The position numbers and the translations under genes were made by a program. The notes beneath the pieces were generated by a model that worked only from the letters and a program-made list of their open reading frames with translations, was not told the origin of the DNA and made no database searches. Below are positions 38,487 through 51,970 of a DNA stretch of 64,000 bases, one piece after another; position 1 is the stretch's first letter; each line of letters starts with the position of its first letter. The DNA is from Isurus oxyrinchus (Eukaryota), in the NCBI GenBank assembly GCA_026770705.1, contig JANJGN010000017.1, forward strand, positions 41,664,001 to 41,728,000, read 5' to 3'.

Positions 38487-39787
38487 TAGTTCCTACACAA
38501 GGAAGGGAACCACTTTTAGTAGAGCTACACAGTGCCCATCCAGGGATCTCCTGAATGAAGAAGATAGTGTGGAGTTATCTTTAGTGGCCAGGGATGGACG
38601 GCGATATTGAAAATGTGGTAAAACAATGTGTGCAGTGTCAACAGCTACAAAAGTTGCCGGCAGCAGCCACATTACACCCATGAGAGTGGCCTGGTAGACC
38701 CTGGGTGCAATTGCACATTGATTACGTAGGTTATTTCCTTGGAACCATGTTTTTATTGATTATAGATGCTCATTCAAAGTGGTTAGACATTTATGAGGTA
38801 AAGTCACCAATGTCAGGTGCTACTATAGAAAAATTACGCCAGAGCTTCACCATCCATGGATTGCCAGAGGTAATCATCTCAGTTAATGGTACTGTAGTTA
38901 CGAGCGCTAAGTTCCAACGATTTATCAGCCTCAACAGTGTTAACCACGTGAAGACTGCACCCTACCATCAGTCATCAAACGGCCTGGCGGAAAGGGCAGT
39001 ACAAACTTTCAAGGTGGGAATGAAAAAGTTAACAGGTGATTCGTTGGAGACCAAACTTGCTCATTTTCTATTTCACTAGAGAATGACCCCCCACACACTA
39101 CGACAGGAGCAACACCTACAGAATTACTGAAGAGGTGCTGTCTTCACACAAGACTAAGCCTAATACTTCCCAATTTGAAGGGGAAGGCGGAGAAAGCCAA
39201 GGGAACCAAAAGAAACTCATGATTTGCATAGTCGTGAGCGACAATTTACTGTCAGAGAAGCAGTACATGTAAAGGATTCGGTGGAGGACCGAAGTGGTTA
39301 CCAGGTAAAGTGAGTTCTGTGACCAGACCATTGTCACACCACGTGGAAGTGGAGGGTCGGATCACCCATAAGCATGTTGATCATTTAAGAAAAAGAGAGA
39401 TGCCCCAACAAAATGATGTTCCACCTGTAACTGTTGCTGAGTCAGTGGTTCCTGTTGAGATTGCACAGCCAGGGATGGACATGCCCGATGTCTCTGTCAG
39501 AGTAGTGCCTAATGAGGAACCCGATGTGAATGCGATTTCAGAGAATGTGTTTCTTACAAAATAATATGAAGTCATGGAGCTACGACTTTCCACACGGGTC
39601 AGGAAACCACCTGAAAGACTGAACTTGTAATTTCATGGCCTGTGTAAATATTGTAATGGCATGAGATAAATATCCTTGTAGATACAAAATGTACAGAAAA
39701 GTTAAAGGCGGAGGAATGTGGAAATTATAGTGTTGGGAAATGTTGGACTGTAGCTTTAAGAATAATCCTGTATTGTAAGATCACATA

Positions 39788-40465
39788 GGCCAGAATTATT
39801 AGCTCATTGGGCGGGCACATGCCCAACCCGAACGACACGCGATGACATTGGTCGAGCATCCCAACATCATCATGCAATCTTGCAATATTTCAGTCAGCGG
39901 GCACACATGAGAGTTGTCAGTGCGCCCGTTGACAATTAACAGGCCTATTAAGGCCATTAAATTCCCAATTGAATTCAATTTTTCGCTGCCCATCCAACCT
40001 TATGATTGGCGGCCAGGTGTAAAGGCCAAGCGGCCTTTGGATTTTTTAGGAAACCTCATTCACAGGTGGAATGAGGTCTCCAGCAGCAAATAAAAATTAA
40101 ATAAAAATTTAAACATTTCATTGATAACATGTCCAAGCTCATGTGACTGTGTCACATGAGGGGACATGTTTTTTAACAATTTAAAATCTTTATTTTTAAT
40201 TCTTAAACTCTCTGACTCCCGGAGGCAGTTCTGTGCCTCAGGGAGCTTTTCCTGCACACACCCACACACATGCACAAAGTTCCCTGCTTGCCCTCCTCCC
40301 TCATCCCATATAGGCAGTGCTGCAGCACACATTTCATGCTGGGTAGGCATTAATTGGCCTGCCAGTGTGAAATCATGGTCGAACCCCGATCATGGGCAGC
40401 AATTGGCTTCCCAACCGCTCCTGTCCAATCCCGCCAAGCTGCCCAATGAGGGCAAAATCTTGGTC
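39788..40465. mobile_element. MITE (Harbinger-like) inserted in the 3' LTR
   Basis: Terminal inverted repeats ggccagaattattagctcattgggc / gcccaatgagggcaaaatcttggtc. Absent from the 5' LTR. A related copy lies in opposite orientation at ~53177-54210. Confidence 0.8.
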
Positions 40466-43104
40466 ATGATCTGTGCAACCCAATGGTTAGCAGCGCGATG
40501 AACGTCTACAAGAGAGTTCTTCTTTAGTTATGGAGTTTGATGCACACGTGTAGTTGCTGCTGCTGTCTTGTAAATAAAGTTAAATGTTTCCATTAAGAAA
40601 AGTTGTCTGAAGATCAACTCTGTAACAGATTGTAAGGTGTTTTCTCTGTTTGAAGTATTGCCCTAGTACTGGATTGTTAGGATTATAGTCTGGCCATCCT
40701 TCCAGACAGCATTCCTTTATCTGGACATATTCGTCATCTTCCTGTTTGTTTATTTTACCTCCTGCAACTTCTTTGCAGTAGCCAGTAGTTATGTGGTAGT
40801 GAGTGATGGATACACTTCCACCTCCTTGATGAAATTCAAATCCTCTATTTTGATTCCTTTTAACTGGTATTCTTGATGGTGTACCTGCTGTCACCTGGCA
40901 CTTCCCTTGAATGTACTCAGTTACTGAATTATGCTCATTAGCCTCAGCCTGAAGCGTTGAATCTTCGCAATTTCCTTCAAGTCCAGTACAGTGACTAATA
41001 ACTTATGGTCGGTTTCAATTTTAAACCGCAATTCCATTGAACTGAGAACTCCTCGCACCCAATGTTGCTCCCAACACTTCCTTTTCAATTGTAGCAGATG
41101 TTTTTTGTGTGTCTGTGAGTGATCTTGAGGCTTAATAAACTGGTCTACATTTACCATCTCTTTGTTCTTGGAATAAAACTGTACCCAGACCTATAGATGA
41201 TGCATTTGCTGCAACAATGGTCAACAGTTCTGGATTGTAGTGTGCTGAAATTTCAGGAGAAATAAGATTTTTGATCTTCTCAAAAGCATTTTGCTGGTCC
41301 ACATTCCAGCACCACTGTTGAGCATGTCTCAACAGCTATCTCAGCAGCTTGTTGGTTTCTGGCAAATTTAGTACTTGCCTACTTGGTTGACCATTCCTAG
41401 GAATATTTGTAGCTCTGTGATGTTCCTGAGTTGGGGAAACTCTCTAATCACTTTTGTTTTCTAATGGTCAGCTGTTATTCCTGAGGCTTGCAAGACATGC
41501 CCCAAAAATTTAATCATAGGTTTTGAAAATTTGCATTTTTCATTCAATATCAAATTTTCATCCTATAGAACCTTTAGGACTGCTCTCACTCTAAGGCCAT
41601 GCTGTTCCCTTGTGGAGCCATATGTTGTCCATATGCCATGTTACTCCTTCCATGCCTTCTAGGGTCTGAGACATTGTTCTCTGGAATATTTCTGAAGCAG
41701 ACACAATCCCAAATGGTAATCTGTTAAAGCAATAACAACCAAATGGCATTATAAATATGTTCTGCATCTCTATTCTTTGTCCAGAGCGACTGCCAAAAGC
41801 CACTGTTTGTGTTTAATTTGGTGAATAGGGTACTTTTAGCTAGTTTGTCAAGACTCTTATCCATTGATGCCATTGGGTGGATCCCACATTCCACTGAGCT
41901 GTTTAGTTGAGACAAGTCCATGCAGATTCTAATTGAGCCATTTGGCTTTGAGACTGTGACCATTCAAGAAAACCACTTTGTAGGTATGGTTACTGGAGAG
42001 ATAATTCCCTGCGGCAGCATGTACTCAATTTCACCCTTGACTTTGTCGAAGAGTGGGTGAGGGACCTTCCTTGGTAGGAAGAAGCAAATTAGTTTAGCAT
42101 CACCTCATAGGGTAAAATGTTATTTGGTCTTCAGTTTTTCCAAGCCTATAAATAATCTTGGAAATTGATTCCTGAATGTGTTTCTCTACTGCTCATTGGC
42201 AACTTCATCAACTTTATAGATCAGCTTCAATTGTAAGCATGCCTCCCTGCTTAAGCACAATGATTCTTGGTTCTGTATGAGGTAAAGATCTTCAATGATT
42301 TCTCTGCCTTTGTATTTTAATTCTTCCAGGTGTTGTCCTATGACTTTCATTATAGTCCCGCTGGCACCTTGTAACTGGATAGATGATGGCTGTTACATGA
42401 TATGCTTAAACCGCTTTACTTCGTCAGATAAGAATGAAACACCTGCCCCTCTGTCTACTTTTTAAACTCTGTGGGGTGTCTATCTGCTTCAAGCTTAATG
42501 CTCTAATATTTATTTTCTATTTCATATACTTCTCCTAGGGAAGTTAATTCCTTTTTCTGTGGTTCTTCGTCGTCTTGTATGTGGCTTGGCCTTAAAATTT
42601 TTTGGTTGTTTTTGCGGGCTCCCTGTATTTTAGATTGGCAGAAAAGTTTAAAATGTCCTAGCTCTCCACAGTTGTGGCACTCTGCTCCCCTGCGGGGCAT
42701 TCTCCTCGCTTGTGCAGGTTTTTCCCACCACACCGAGAGCATTTCATGATGGTGGTTAGCATGCATTTCTGCGTTTTCACGGGCTTCTGTTTTGGAGTGC
42801 TTTCCATCTTCTGGCCTGCACAATGAATGGCCTCACTCATTCATTTCCAGGGGACTTCACATTTCCAATGAACAAACGCTCTCTTTTGCTTTCTGAGCTC
42901 AGTTTGCCTCACGATTTGTACTGCCTTAATTAAAGTTAGATCTCCTCTCGGTTTGTAAGAGATCTTATAGAGATTGTTTAGGACCCAACTACTATACAAT
43001 CACAAATCAATTCATCTTTCATTTTCCGTAGTTGCAATTTTCTGCCATCTTGTATAGATCGTTGATCGCCGAATCCACGCTTTCACCTAATCTTAGTTTT
43101 TACT

Positions 43105-43428
43105 TGTTATAGTTGTCCTTTGCTTGTCTATGTGTGCGCCTGTGTATGTGTGCTGGGGGAATTCTTTAGGAAGAGATAGATAGTTATACTTCCTGAATAC
43201 AATTGTATGTTAACCAGTACTTGCAACTTGTTAAGAGAATTTTTGTTTTAAAATAATCGTTCTGAGTTTGAAAGAAACCTGGTCAGACTCTCTTTCCTTT
43301 TGGGTACTAGAGGTATAGCTACACAAGTGGCCATTTCAGTGAGAAAATTAAACACTTAAATTAATGAAACGGCCTGGGGCGTAGTGGGGCTTGATAATTC
43401 ACACACTCCTCCCATCTTGGTCGTAACA
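43105..43428 (+). mobile_element. Possible partial solo LTR
   Basis: tgttatag...ggtcgtaaca TG..CA termini; no matching TSD. Confidence 0.35.
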
Positions 43429-46400
43429 CTGGCATGGATCTTCTGAAAAGAGGTTGACTCATGTTGGCCACCTATGCACTTTACTAAGAGCTGTGGCTTC
43501 CAAGCAACATATTCAGTAATAGATTGATTCCTGTCATTGGTGGCAGCTCACCACAACCTTCTCAAGGGCAGTTAGGGATGGGCAATAAATGCTGGCCTAG
43601 ACAGTGACGTCCACATCTCATTAACAAATTTAGAAAGGACATCATTCTACAAGAGATTAATTCTTTACCACAATCAATAACATATTTCTGGCCTATTGGT
43701 CTCACCTCAGTGACACCAATAAATTCTAGATTGTGCTTCTTAGTCTTATTAATTTGTTGGTTGATCTTTACAGAACTGGTGAAGGATTGTGCTTGCCTAA
43801 GGTTAAGAGGTACAAACAATTGATAATATCACTGGCAACTTGGTTGCTCATAACTGATTGTCATGTCCAGTCATTTAGTTATCTTCTATTACATGCTCAC
43901 TTGCTATCATAGAAAGGAGTTATAGTTTCGAACTCAGAGTGATATGTGTGCTAATTTCATGTGTTACTGCATTTTATTTTCATGATTTTCAATGTAATGA
44001 ACAGTTCACTGACCTAGCCCAACTGTTGAAACATTTTGAACAAAAACATATTACCAGGATTTGTAGCTGTTAGGATAGATTCCCCTTTAGCTCTCAGGTC
44101 CCTGGCTAATATCAATCAATTCTTAATTTATAATAAGAGGGGGAGAAATTTGTTCACATAGTGCTTCTTCAAGTGATGCCGCAGGGGCCACTTTATCTCA
44201 GCAGAGCCTTGTTTAATTCTTATCAGCATCCCGGGCTGGGAGGGTAGGTGGGAGGCCTGTGCCCAGCCTTTAAACTGTTCTTAAAGTGAGGAACCATTTA
44301 GCCTATATTTGGTAATATGATTATGATTAATAATATAAAATGTGCCACAAAGTGACCCCACCTAGGGTGACATCACACATTCACTGAGTCCTTATAAAAT
44401 TTATTTTTTTCAATGATTTAGTTTAAAAGCATTGATGAACTTAAGTCTGGCAAAGACTAGGAATTTGACTTTCGAGCCTGGATAAAAAATTTTTAGATTT
44501 AAATTAGCATGGAACTTTGCTTTAGAAATGCTGTGGATTCCTTAGAGCTCAGTATCGGGTTAGGTCAGACTCAAGGTGTTAGAAATTGGGCTTACACCCC
44601 TTCTGAATGTGGGGGTCACGATTTGGAGCTTGTCCACACTGATTCCTGTGGAGGTGGGAAGCAAGTCAATTTGATATCTCCACCTCATTAATGTGATTTT
44701 AGTGTGTGGATGGGCATATTCTGCACTGCTGTCCTCCCTGTAGCACTGTTGCCAGCCTCTGGTCTGACCAGGGGACTGTGTAGAGTTAGGCTGTTAACAC
44801 CTGGTGCAGGTAACCTCCCCATTGCAAAGGTACAGTCCCTATTAAAAGGGAAGCTGCACTAATGAAATGAGGGCTGCAAGTAAATGATTTTGAAAGCCTC
44901 AAGCCACAGGGAATATAGCACGATCTCTTTGGAGACAGGGCTGCAACTGAATTTCTCATCCAGGGCTTGGTCGTGATGGAGCAGGACAGGAGAATTCCTA
45001 TAAAAGCTTTTCTTGCAGCGATCGGAATGACCCTGTACTATTAAGAATGCACAATAGCATCAATTTAAGGAGCTTTCCACTCTTGATACTTTGCTCGAAT
45101 GTCTGAGGAAGTTTTTGGTCTGGATATGAGAGTGGCTTGTGTCATTTCCCTGATTTCTCACTCTTCATTGCAACCTTGCAAAAATGCATGATCTTGCACA
45201 TTCTTCCAGTCTTCCGTCTGCACATATTTGAAAGCTGGACCGATTCCTCAATATCATAATTTCAATTAATTCTTTTCATTTCTCCAAACTGTCGAACTCC
45301 ATTTTTCCTTAAGTCTTCACTTCCATTGAATATATTCGGGCTTCTAGAACCCAAGCTTGGTATTAAAATTTATCTGGCGCCTATTATACGGAATTATCTT
45401 TGGAAAGAAAATTGTACCTGTTTGCTAATGGTATGCAGAAAAAAAGCTTGTAACTCAACATGAATCGCATGTAGGCCTCCGATCAATGGCACAGCTTTAT
45501 AATGGCTGAATAAGTTGAATGCTGCTTTCATTACATGGGATTCCAGGATCTTTGCCAGTTTTTCCAATGATCTCATTTGCACTGTGGCCCATTTTGAGAA
45601 AGCTGAAGCTCAAAAACATTGTCTATGACTTGTGAAGACACATGAGGTGCAGTAAGACGAGGCTTGTCATGATTCAAACTGTAAACATATACAATATTCC
45701 ATCATTTATATTACTGTAAGAAATAAATACACACAAAGGCGTCTTCTTACAATCCCCAAAATTAGACATTTCTTACAGGGGCTGAGAGCAATGATGGAGT
45801 AAATTTATTTTCCAGGGATAGGGATGGTTTGGAGGTATGGCCTCTACTCAATTTATATTTCTTCTCCCGCTTTCTAATTCATTTTCCAGTACTTTAGAAA
45901 TACAGGTGTAGATTTTCATCTTCATTGCTTGGACAGCAATTTGGGGGATGATAGCACACATTTTATAGAGCCTGCCTGATATTCGGTCTATTCAATTGAT
46001 GGAAAGATGGCTGTGTAACAATGCTCCAGTGACTGCAATAGGATCACAATGGTATTTTAACCAGGGCTTGAGCAGAGAAGAAAGCTGAAACAGGTCTGCA
46101 GCTGGTTATAGACAGAGGTCTGAATTTTTGTAAAGACACAGAGCTTCTCCATTGCAGAGACCCAAATCTGGAAGTACACCTCCTAACACAGCACCTAATA
46201 TTTTTGATGGGGTGGGGGGAATTGGGGGTGGGTACTAATATACACATCTGTGGTTCATGGAGACAGCTATAAATGTTAAGAGGTAGCTGCCTCAGGCTGA
46301 GCTGATTGTCACTGGTGGGATATCCAAAACACGACTTGTGCACTTGAAACCTCACTGGAGAAGGCCTAAAGCTGCCAAAGTTCTTTGGGGGGGGTAAGTT

Positions 46401-48529
46401 ACCCTTTTGGGTATGGTCTAAGGACACTTTTAAAGGAGGTCAGGTGCCTTTTAAGTGAGGTAAGGTGCCCTTTTCAAAAGATAAGGTTCCCTTTGGGGAG
46501 GTCAGGTATCTTAAGGGCATGTTCAGGTGCCCTTTGGGAGACATAAGGTGCTCTTTGGGGTTGTTAAAGGTAGGCGTGAATGTGAGTAAAAAGTGCTTAA
46601 ACTCATTGGAACTGTCAAGCTCATTGGAACTATCAAAAGGAGCTGTCAAAAGTATCTGTCAAAAGGAACATTCAAGCTGTCATTAAAACTCCTGCCCTTT
46701 AAAGATTTGAAAAAGAAACTGGCTATAGTGTGAAAAAAATCAGTGCTTGCTATTTCACCCTGTCTGTTGACTAAAGTCTAAGGACTAACATTATATGATT
46801 GATGATGCATGACTGATTTCACAGCTTTTCATTATCACAGTGGGGTGCCTGTCATTTCACTGGGCGATTGACACTCTAAGTGGCTGTAAATTATTTCAAG
46901 TGGGACTATGAATTCCACTGTTGGATCTTGTAAGGGATTAAAGGAAATTAAATCAGTTACTGTGTTTTTTTTATCAGTGAGAGTATTTATTTAAATAGTG
47001 AATTCTTCAATAGACACTTAATAATTTTATCTTATTTCAGCATGGGCCTTGAGCTCTGCCCAGGGTGAATACTGGGTGAATTGTCATGGTAACTATAAGG
47101 GAAAAGGGTGGAAGCATTGATTGGCAATAAGTTGGCATAGGGGCTATAAAGGGTCTTGGGGTATGTGTGAGGACATGGGTTGGCATGTACAGTATGAGGG
47201 GTCATGGGAGGCAGGTGGGGCCATGAGGTGGCATGGGTTGGCTTGGATGGAGCTTGAGGAGTGTGTGGGGGGGGCGGTGGTGGTGAGCGAGTGTGGGGGG
47301 TGAGGGTTGGAGAGCTATTTTATGTTACCTTGTTTTCTTTTTAAAACTTTGACACAGTGCCGTTGCACCAAGGCAAGCCTTCCGCCCAGCCTGCCTTCAC
47401 ACATTCTGCACTCGTTCCGGGGTCGCCCACCATGATTCCCAACATTCACCCATCATCGCCCCCCCCTCCCAACCCCAACCAGACTGAAAAACCAACCTTC
47501 TGGGCCACTTTCTCCCAGATCAGATTTGTGGAGCCCGGAATTGTCCTGACTCTGCACTCCTATTCCAGGAGCAATAATGCAGGCCAGAAGGGAACTGCCC
47601 ATGGTAAGTGTAAAACATTTCTTTGTGGAACCAGGAGTGACAGACTTTCTCTCAGTATGCAAAGACATCTCTGGACTGTTTGATCGCCCCCTCTCACCTG
47701 GCCGACTGTCACTTCCTGCCCCTTTTAGGTGAGCAACTGACTGTCAGCATCTGGGTGAGGCCTGGGAGTTAGAATACCTTGAGCCAGAAATTTCTGACAG
47801 TGGACACGTACTCCAATGTTTGCACCCTGTGCTCTCTTCTCCAAAACTTGCTAAGGGAAAACTCCATTCCTTAATCTCCACTGACACTAACAATGAAGGG
47901 AATGCTAGTTGTTTAGATGTAACTTACATAAGTGGGTAGAAGATGGAAAAACAGTTATTGCGTTAACCAATGCATTCACAGAAGGTCAAATAAGAAATTA
48001 AAGTAATAGTGTGAAAACCCATCTGCTAGGTGTGGTCTCAGAGGCTGAAATATGCAGACTGTACCAGAAGGTATGAGTGAACTTAATTTTTAAAGCTGCA
48101 ATGAAGGTTACTTCTTAACTTTAGTTGTCCAGATAGTCTCATCCCTGGTACTGCATCTGTCTTTAAAAGGTTTAACTATCGTAATTACAGTGAAAAAATT
48201 TCTTCCTTCAATATTTCAAAAAATGTTAAGGTAAAATTTTCCTTAGTGTAGGTTGGCTTGTAATTGCTAAGAAATCTTTTTTTAGAATGCTGCAGTCGCT
48301 TCAGATGTAGTCAGATTAGTAGCGTACTGTCTCTAACAGTGTTATTAAGATAATTATTTTTCACTCCATCAAAAAAGCACTTTACCTGCCTTAGTAGTAA
48401 AAAGATATCATTTCAGGTCAAATATTTTTATTTAAAATACATTTTATGTTGGTTCTGAAACACTATTTCAACAATATCTAAAGACTTCTTCTAATCTTTA
48501 AAAGCACTTTGGTAGATGCTTTTACAATG

Positions 48530-49285
48530 AAACAAAATTACATTGCATTTACATCGCACCTTTAATGTACAAAGAAACATCCTAATGTTCATCAGGGAAG
48601 CATAATCAAGCAAATTTGACACTGAACCAAAGGAGACACTGGAAAGGGTAACTAAAAGCTGTAGGTTTAAAGAGAGCCTTAAAGAAGGAGCAGGGTGTAT
48701 GGGCAGAGAGGGAGTGAATTCCGGAACTCAGTGTTGAGATGACTGAAGACACTGACAGCAATAGTTGGGTGAAGGGAGCAGGAGATAAAAAAAGAGTTGC
48801 AGGAACCTGAAGTTTTCAGAGGGTTGCAGGCCTTGAGGAAATTACAAAGATAGGAAGGGGTGAGGCCTTTAAGAGAACATGCAGGTGAGAATTTTAAATA
48901 AGACTATATGGATAAACAACAGACAATGTGATGTCGCTAAGCAAAGGTTAAATGGGTTTTGGATGAGCTAAGGTTTATGAAGGGTGGCCAGCCAAGGAGT
49001 AGTCAAGATCACAAAGGCATGGAAGCAATTGGTATTTTTAAAATAGCATGTGTGGAACCAAGTGAATGCAAGGCCTTTCAGCTGGACAATGAGGGATATG
49101 GGGAGAGGATGGTTGAGTCAACTGTAAACTGTGCCAAATGCTCCACAAACATCAAGAAGGATGGGGAAAGTGAGAAGTGATAATGTCCATTCTCACAGTG
49201 ACAGATGATGCAATTTGTGACTTTGATTAGCACAGTTTCAATGCTGTGGTAGGCATATAAGCTTAATTGGAGCGATTCATACACA
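48530..49285 (-). mobile_element. L2-type LINE fragment, decayed
   Basis: YHSIETVLIKVTN..FTVDSTIL (cf. L2 HSTETAL.KVTND..FDTVDH.IL), with an L2/SINE-like 3' end near 48540. Confidence 0.7.
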
Positions 49286-49287
49286 GA

Positions 49288-50310
49288 GACCAGGATTTTC
49301 CATGCCTGCTGGCGTCAGGTGTGCTCAGTGGCATAAGCAGACAATATTGGTTTCATGATGTCGTGAAACCAGTTTGCAATTATCATTCAGCCCACCGATG
49401 GCAGGCCGTGTTCCCCACCAATGGACGTTGGGAACCTCATTGTAATACATTAGCATATCATTATGAGACCAGCCTGCTGGACTCATCCCCCCACCCTACT
49501 AGATCATCTGCCTTTCCCATTGACGAGTTTCACAACAGCATATTTAAGGTATGCACTTGGCGGGCTGCGCTTCTCCCGGGCCTTACTTCGGTCAGCACTT
49601 ACAGCCATCAGCGCCAGGCTTCACAAACAGCATCACATCACTTTTATGGGGGCTCACGGGTATGTCTCTACCTACCAGATTAGCCATATATGGGTGGCTT
49701 TTCAGCAGCTGCAGGGCAAGGTCTTGCTTGGCAGAGCTGGGGGGGTGGTTAAGTGGCCTCAGGCAAGGGAAGAGGCTGCAGGACGAGAGCTGTATGGGGA
49801 AAGAAGGGCATCCCAGAGTGTGTGTGGGGGCACATGTTGAACTGTGCAAGTAGTCTCAAGATGATGAGCGCTGAGGAGACAGCGTCCAGAGGAGATGAGG
49901 CCAGATGGACATGTGAGGGTATGTGTGTGAGAATGAGTGGTGATGTCGCGTGAACTGGCAGTGAGTGAGATGCCAGTGAATGTGTGAAGGACTTGAGTGT
50001 GTGAGTTTGGAGTGATGAGATGGTTGCTATACCCTGGCTGCATGGATGAGATCATTCATCCTCTATCTGCATTGGATGGCCAACCTCTTCTGTGCAACAT
50101 TGGCGCTGACCACCACTGCCATTGCCTACCAAGCTGGAGTGGTAATGTGGCTGCCCCTCCTGGGGCAAGAACGGGGTTAGAGGACATCACAGTGACAGTG
50201 TGAACAACAGGGACAGTTGCAGAGCACACATGAGTCCAGGAGCAGTTTGTGTGCAGACACTTCATGCCCTAGCTGTCAACTCCATTGATCTCCCTGGCCA
50301 CTGCGTGAGG
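49288..50310. mobile_element. Harbinger deletion derivative with a Myb-like exon remnant on the - strand
   Basis: Terminus gaccaggattttccatgcctgctggcgtc matches the 21075 end. 49860-50130 is homologous to 13040-13330. Confidence 0.7.
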
Positions 50311-50326
50311 CTAAACCAGACTGTTT

Positions 50327-51970
50327 GGCTGGGATTTTCCATGCCTGCTGGGGTTGGGTGTGTTCAGTGACGTGAGTGGACAATATGGCGCGATCGGCTT
50401 CATAACGGCGGGAAACCAGTTTGTGATCGTCCATGAGCCAGAATCTCTGCTATTGGAAACCTCAGTGTAATACATCAGCGTATCATTATTAGGCCTGCTT
50501 GTCAGAATCGTCCCCCCACCCCCACCCCCCCCCAACCTCCACGCGCCCTCATGCACCTCCATCTCCCCCGCTGGATCGTCCATCCACATCAATGGGAAAT
50601 CATACTGGCATGGAACCTGTCTTGACAACTATGATGTGCAGAAGTCCGCCAGGGTTTTGCTCACATTGCGGACATCTGAGGAGCTGGAGATGCTGGAGTC
50701 CGACAGCAGCAGCACACTAGGGGAATGTCCATGGCATGCTGGGTGGATTCTCATGGACGTGGCCCTGCTGTGAAGCAGCTCATGGAATTTGGAAGTCACT
50801 GTGGATGCTCACAACGGAAGATGGTCGAGGGGGTGGGAGAGGAAGGGCTAGGATCGATTGGGAGAGGAAGAGGTGTCCGAGGTGGGGTGAGGTTGGGAGA
50901 GGGGTATTGAAGGTGTCAGGATGCGGTGGGGTTGGAGAAGGAGGTTGGAGGGGAGGGAGGGCTGGGAGAAGGATGGGGTAATTGGGGAGGCAAGTGTAAG
51001 GGGGTGGAAGGTGCAAGGGAAGGAGTGCAGAGAAGGGAGAAGGGAGGGTGTCCAGGGGGAGGAAGAGCTGCAGAAAAGGGAAGGAGGCCGAGTGGAGGAA
51101 GGGGTGCAGAGAGGGGAGGGAGTAAGGGTGGAGGAAGAAGTAAGGGTGGTGGAAGGAGTCAGGAAGGGGATAGGAATAAGGCTGTAGGAAGCGATCAGGC
51201 TGGAGGAAGAGGTAAGGGTGGAGAAAGGAGTTGGGCAAGGGGAGGGACAAAAGGTGGCAGAAGAGGTAAGGATGGAGGAAGGAGTCAGGAAGGGTCAGGG
51301 ACTAAGCGGGCTGGCGGTGGGTGGGAGGGCTCGGGGAGGAAGGTGTCCTGGAAGGAAAGGGGTTCTGGGGGGAAGGAGTGCGAAGTCAGGAAGGGGTTCT
51401 GGGGGTTAAGGGGTGCAAAGAGGGGAAAGGGTGCAGAGGGGGAATGTGCAGGTGAGCGTGCATGGGAAGGGTAGGGTAGGTCCATGTCTGTCTCCTGGGG
51501 AGTGAACTGAGGGTGTGCGTGGCATGGCGGAAGGGTGAGAATGACTGAGGGCAGAATGAGGCGGTAGGGTGGGAGGGTAAGGGTTCAATGGTAGTGATAG
51601 ACAGGACAGCAAGAGTGGTTAGTGGGAACCCGGAGGCAGATATGGACCTTGGTGGTGGGAAGGTGGAGGTCAGGGAGGTGAAAGTGAATGTGGGTGGGAT
51701 TTTCAGGAAGATAAGGAATGTGCACGTTCACCTTGACATTCTCGAAGGTAAAGGGTTGTGGCTGGTAGGTAATAGAGGGCACGTGGAAGATGATGCTGGG
51801 GAGGTCAACTGCAATGGGGGAGAGGGAATGGGTGAACAGGGGAGGCTAAAAGATGGGGAGTTCATAATGCAGTGAAATCAGACCATGCTTGCTAAGTTGA
51901 AAGTGAAATGAGAGTCGTGGTGGGTGAGATCATGTGCTGCATAAGAGTGTGATCAGTGGATGGGTGGAGA
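50327..51970. mobile_element. Non-autonomous Harbinger-like element with a long polypurine tract
   Basis: Starts ggctgggattttccatgcctgctgg (same terminus family). Reverse-complement homologue of 5780-7176. Confidence 0.6.

Larger units (their letters stand above)
36308..40627 (+). mobile_element. Gypsy (Mag-like) LTR retrotransposon with gag, PR and IN remnants; RT/RH replaced by a coiled-coil segment
   Basis: 5' LTR 36308-36537 and 3' LTR 39717-40627 (interrupted by a MITE). 5-bp TSD gattg (36303-36307 / 40628-40632). PBS tggcgatgagg at 36541. PPT aaaggcggaggaa. gag ..WSQYIERL..; PR VNDKPLKMEVDIG; IN LHIDY..FLLIIDAHSKW..HQSSNGLAERAVQT. Confidence 0.92.
34853..43100 (-). mobile_element. Decayed Gypsy LTR retrotransposon (gag-PR-RT-RH-IN; 3' LTR ~34853-35134), split by the LTR element at 36308-40627
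   Basis: Zn knuckle CHNCGELGHFKLFC. RT FNRLPFG..SASEIFQR..WHMDNI. RNase H ANASSIGLGTVLFQ and ETDHK. Integrase VVSEHGPQF..SPQYPQSNGEAE. PPT-like aggggaga followed by TGT at 35134. No 5' LTR seen. Confidence 0.85.

Noticed and set aside
47569-47603. 35-bp micro-exon candidate (tattccag / gtaagt)
   Set aside because: Its length is not a multiple of three, so it would frameshift CPXM2, and it shows no protein similarity. Such splice-like pairs are common by chance.
50780-51612. Long G/R/E-rich and P/L/S-rich ORFs (also 5874-6685)
   Set aside because: Artefacts of stop-poor purine/pyrimidine low-complexity sequence in a dispersed repeat.
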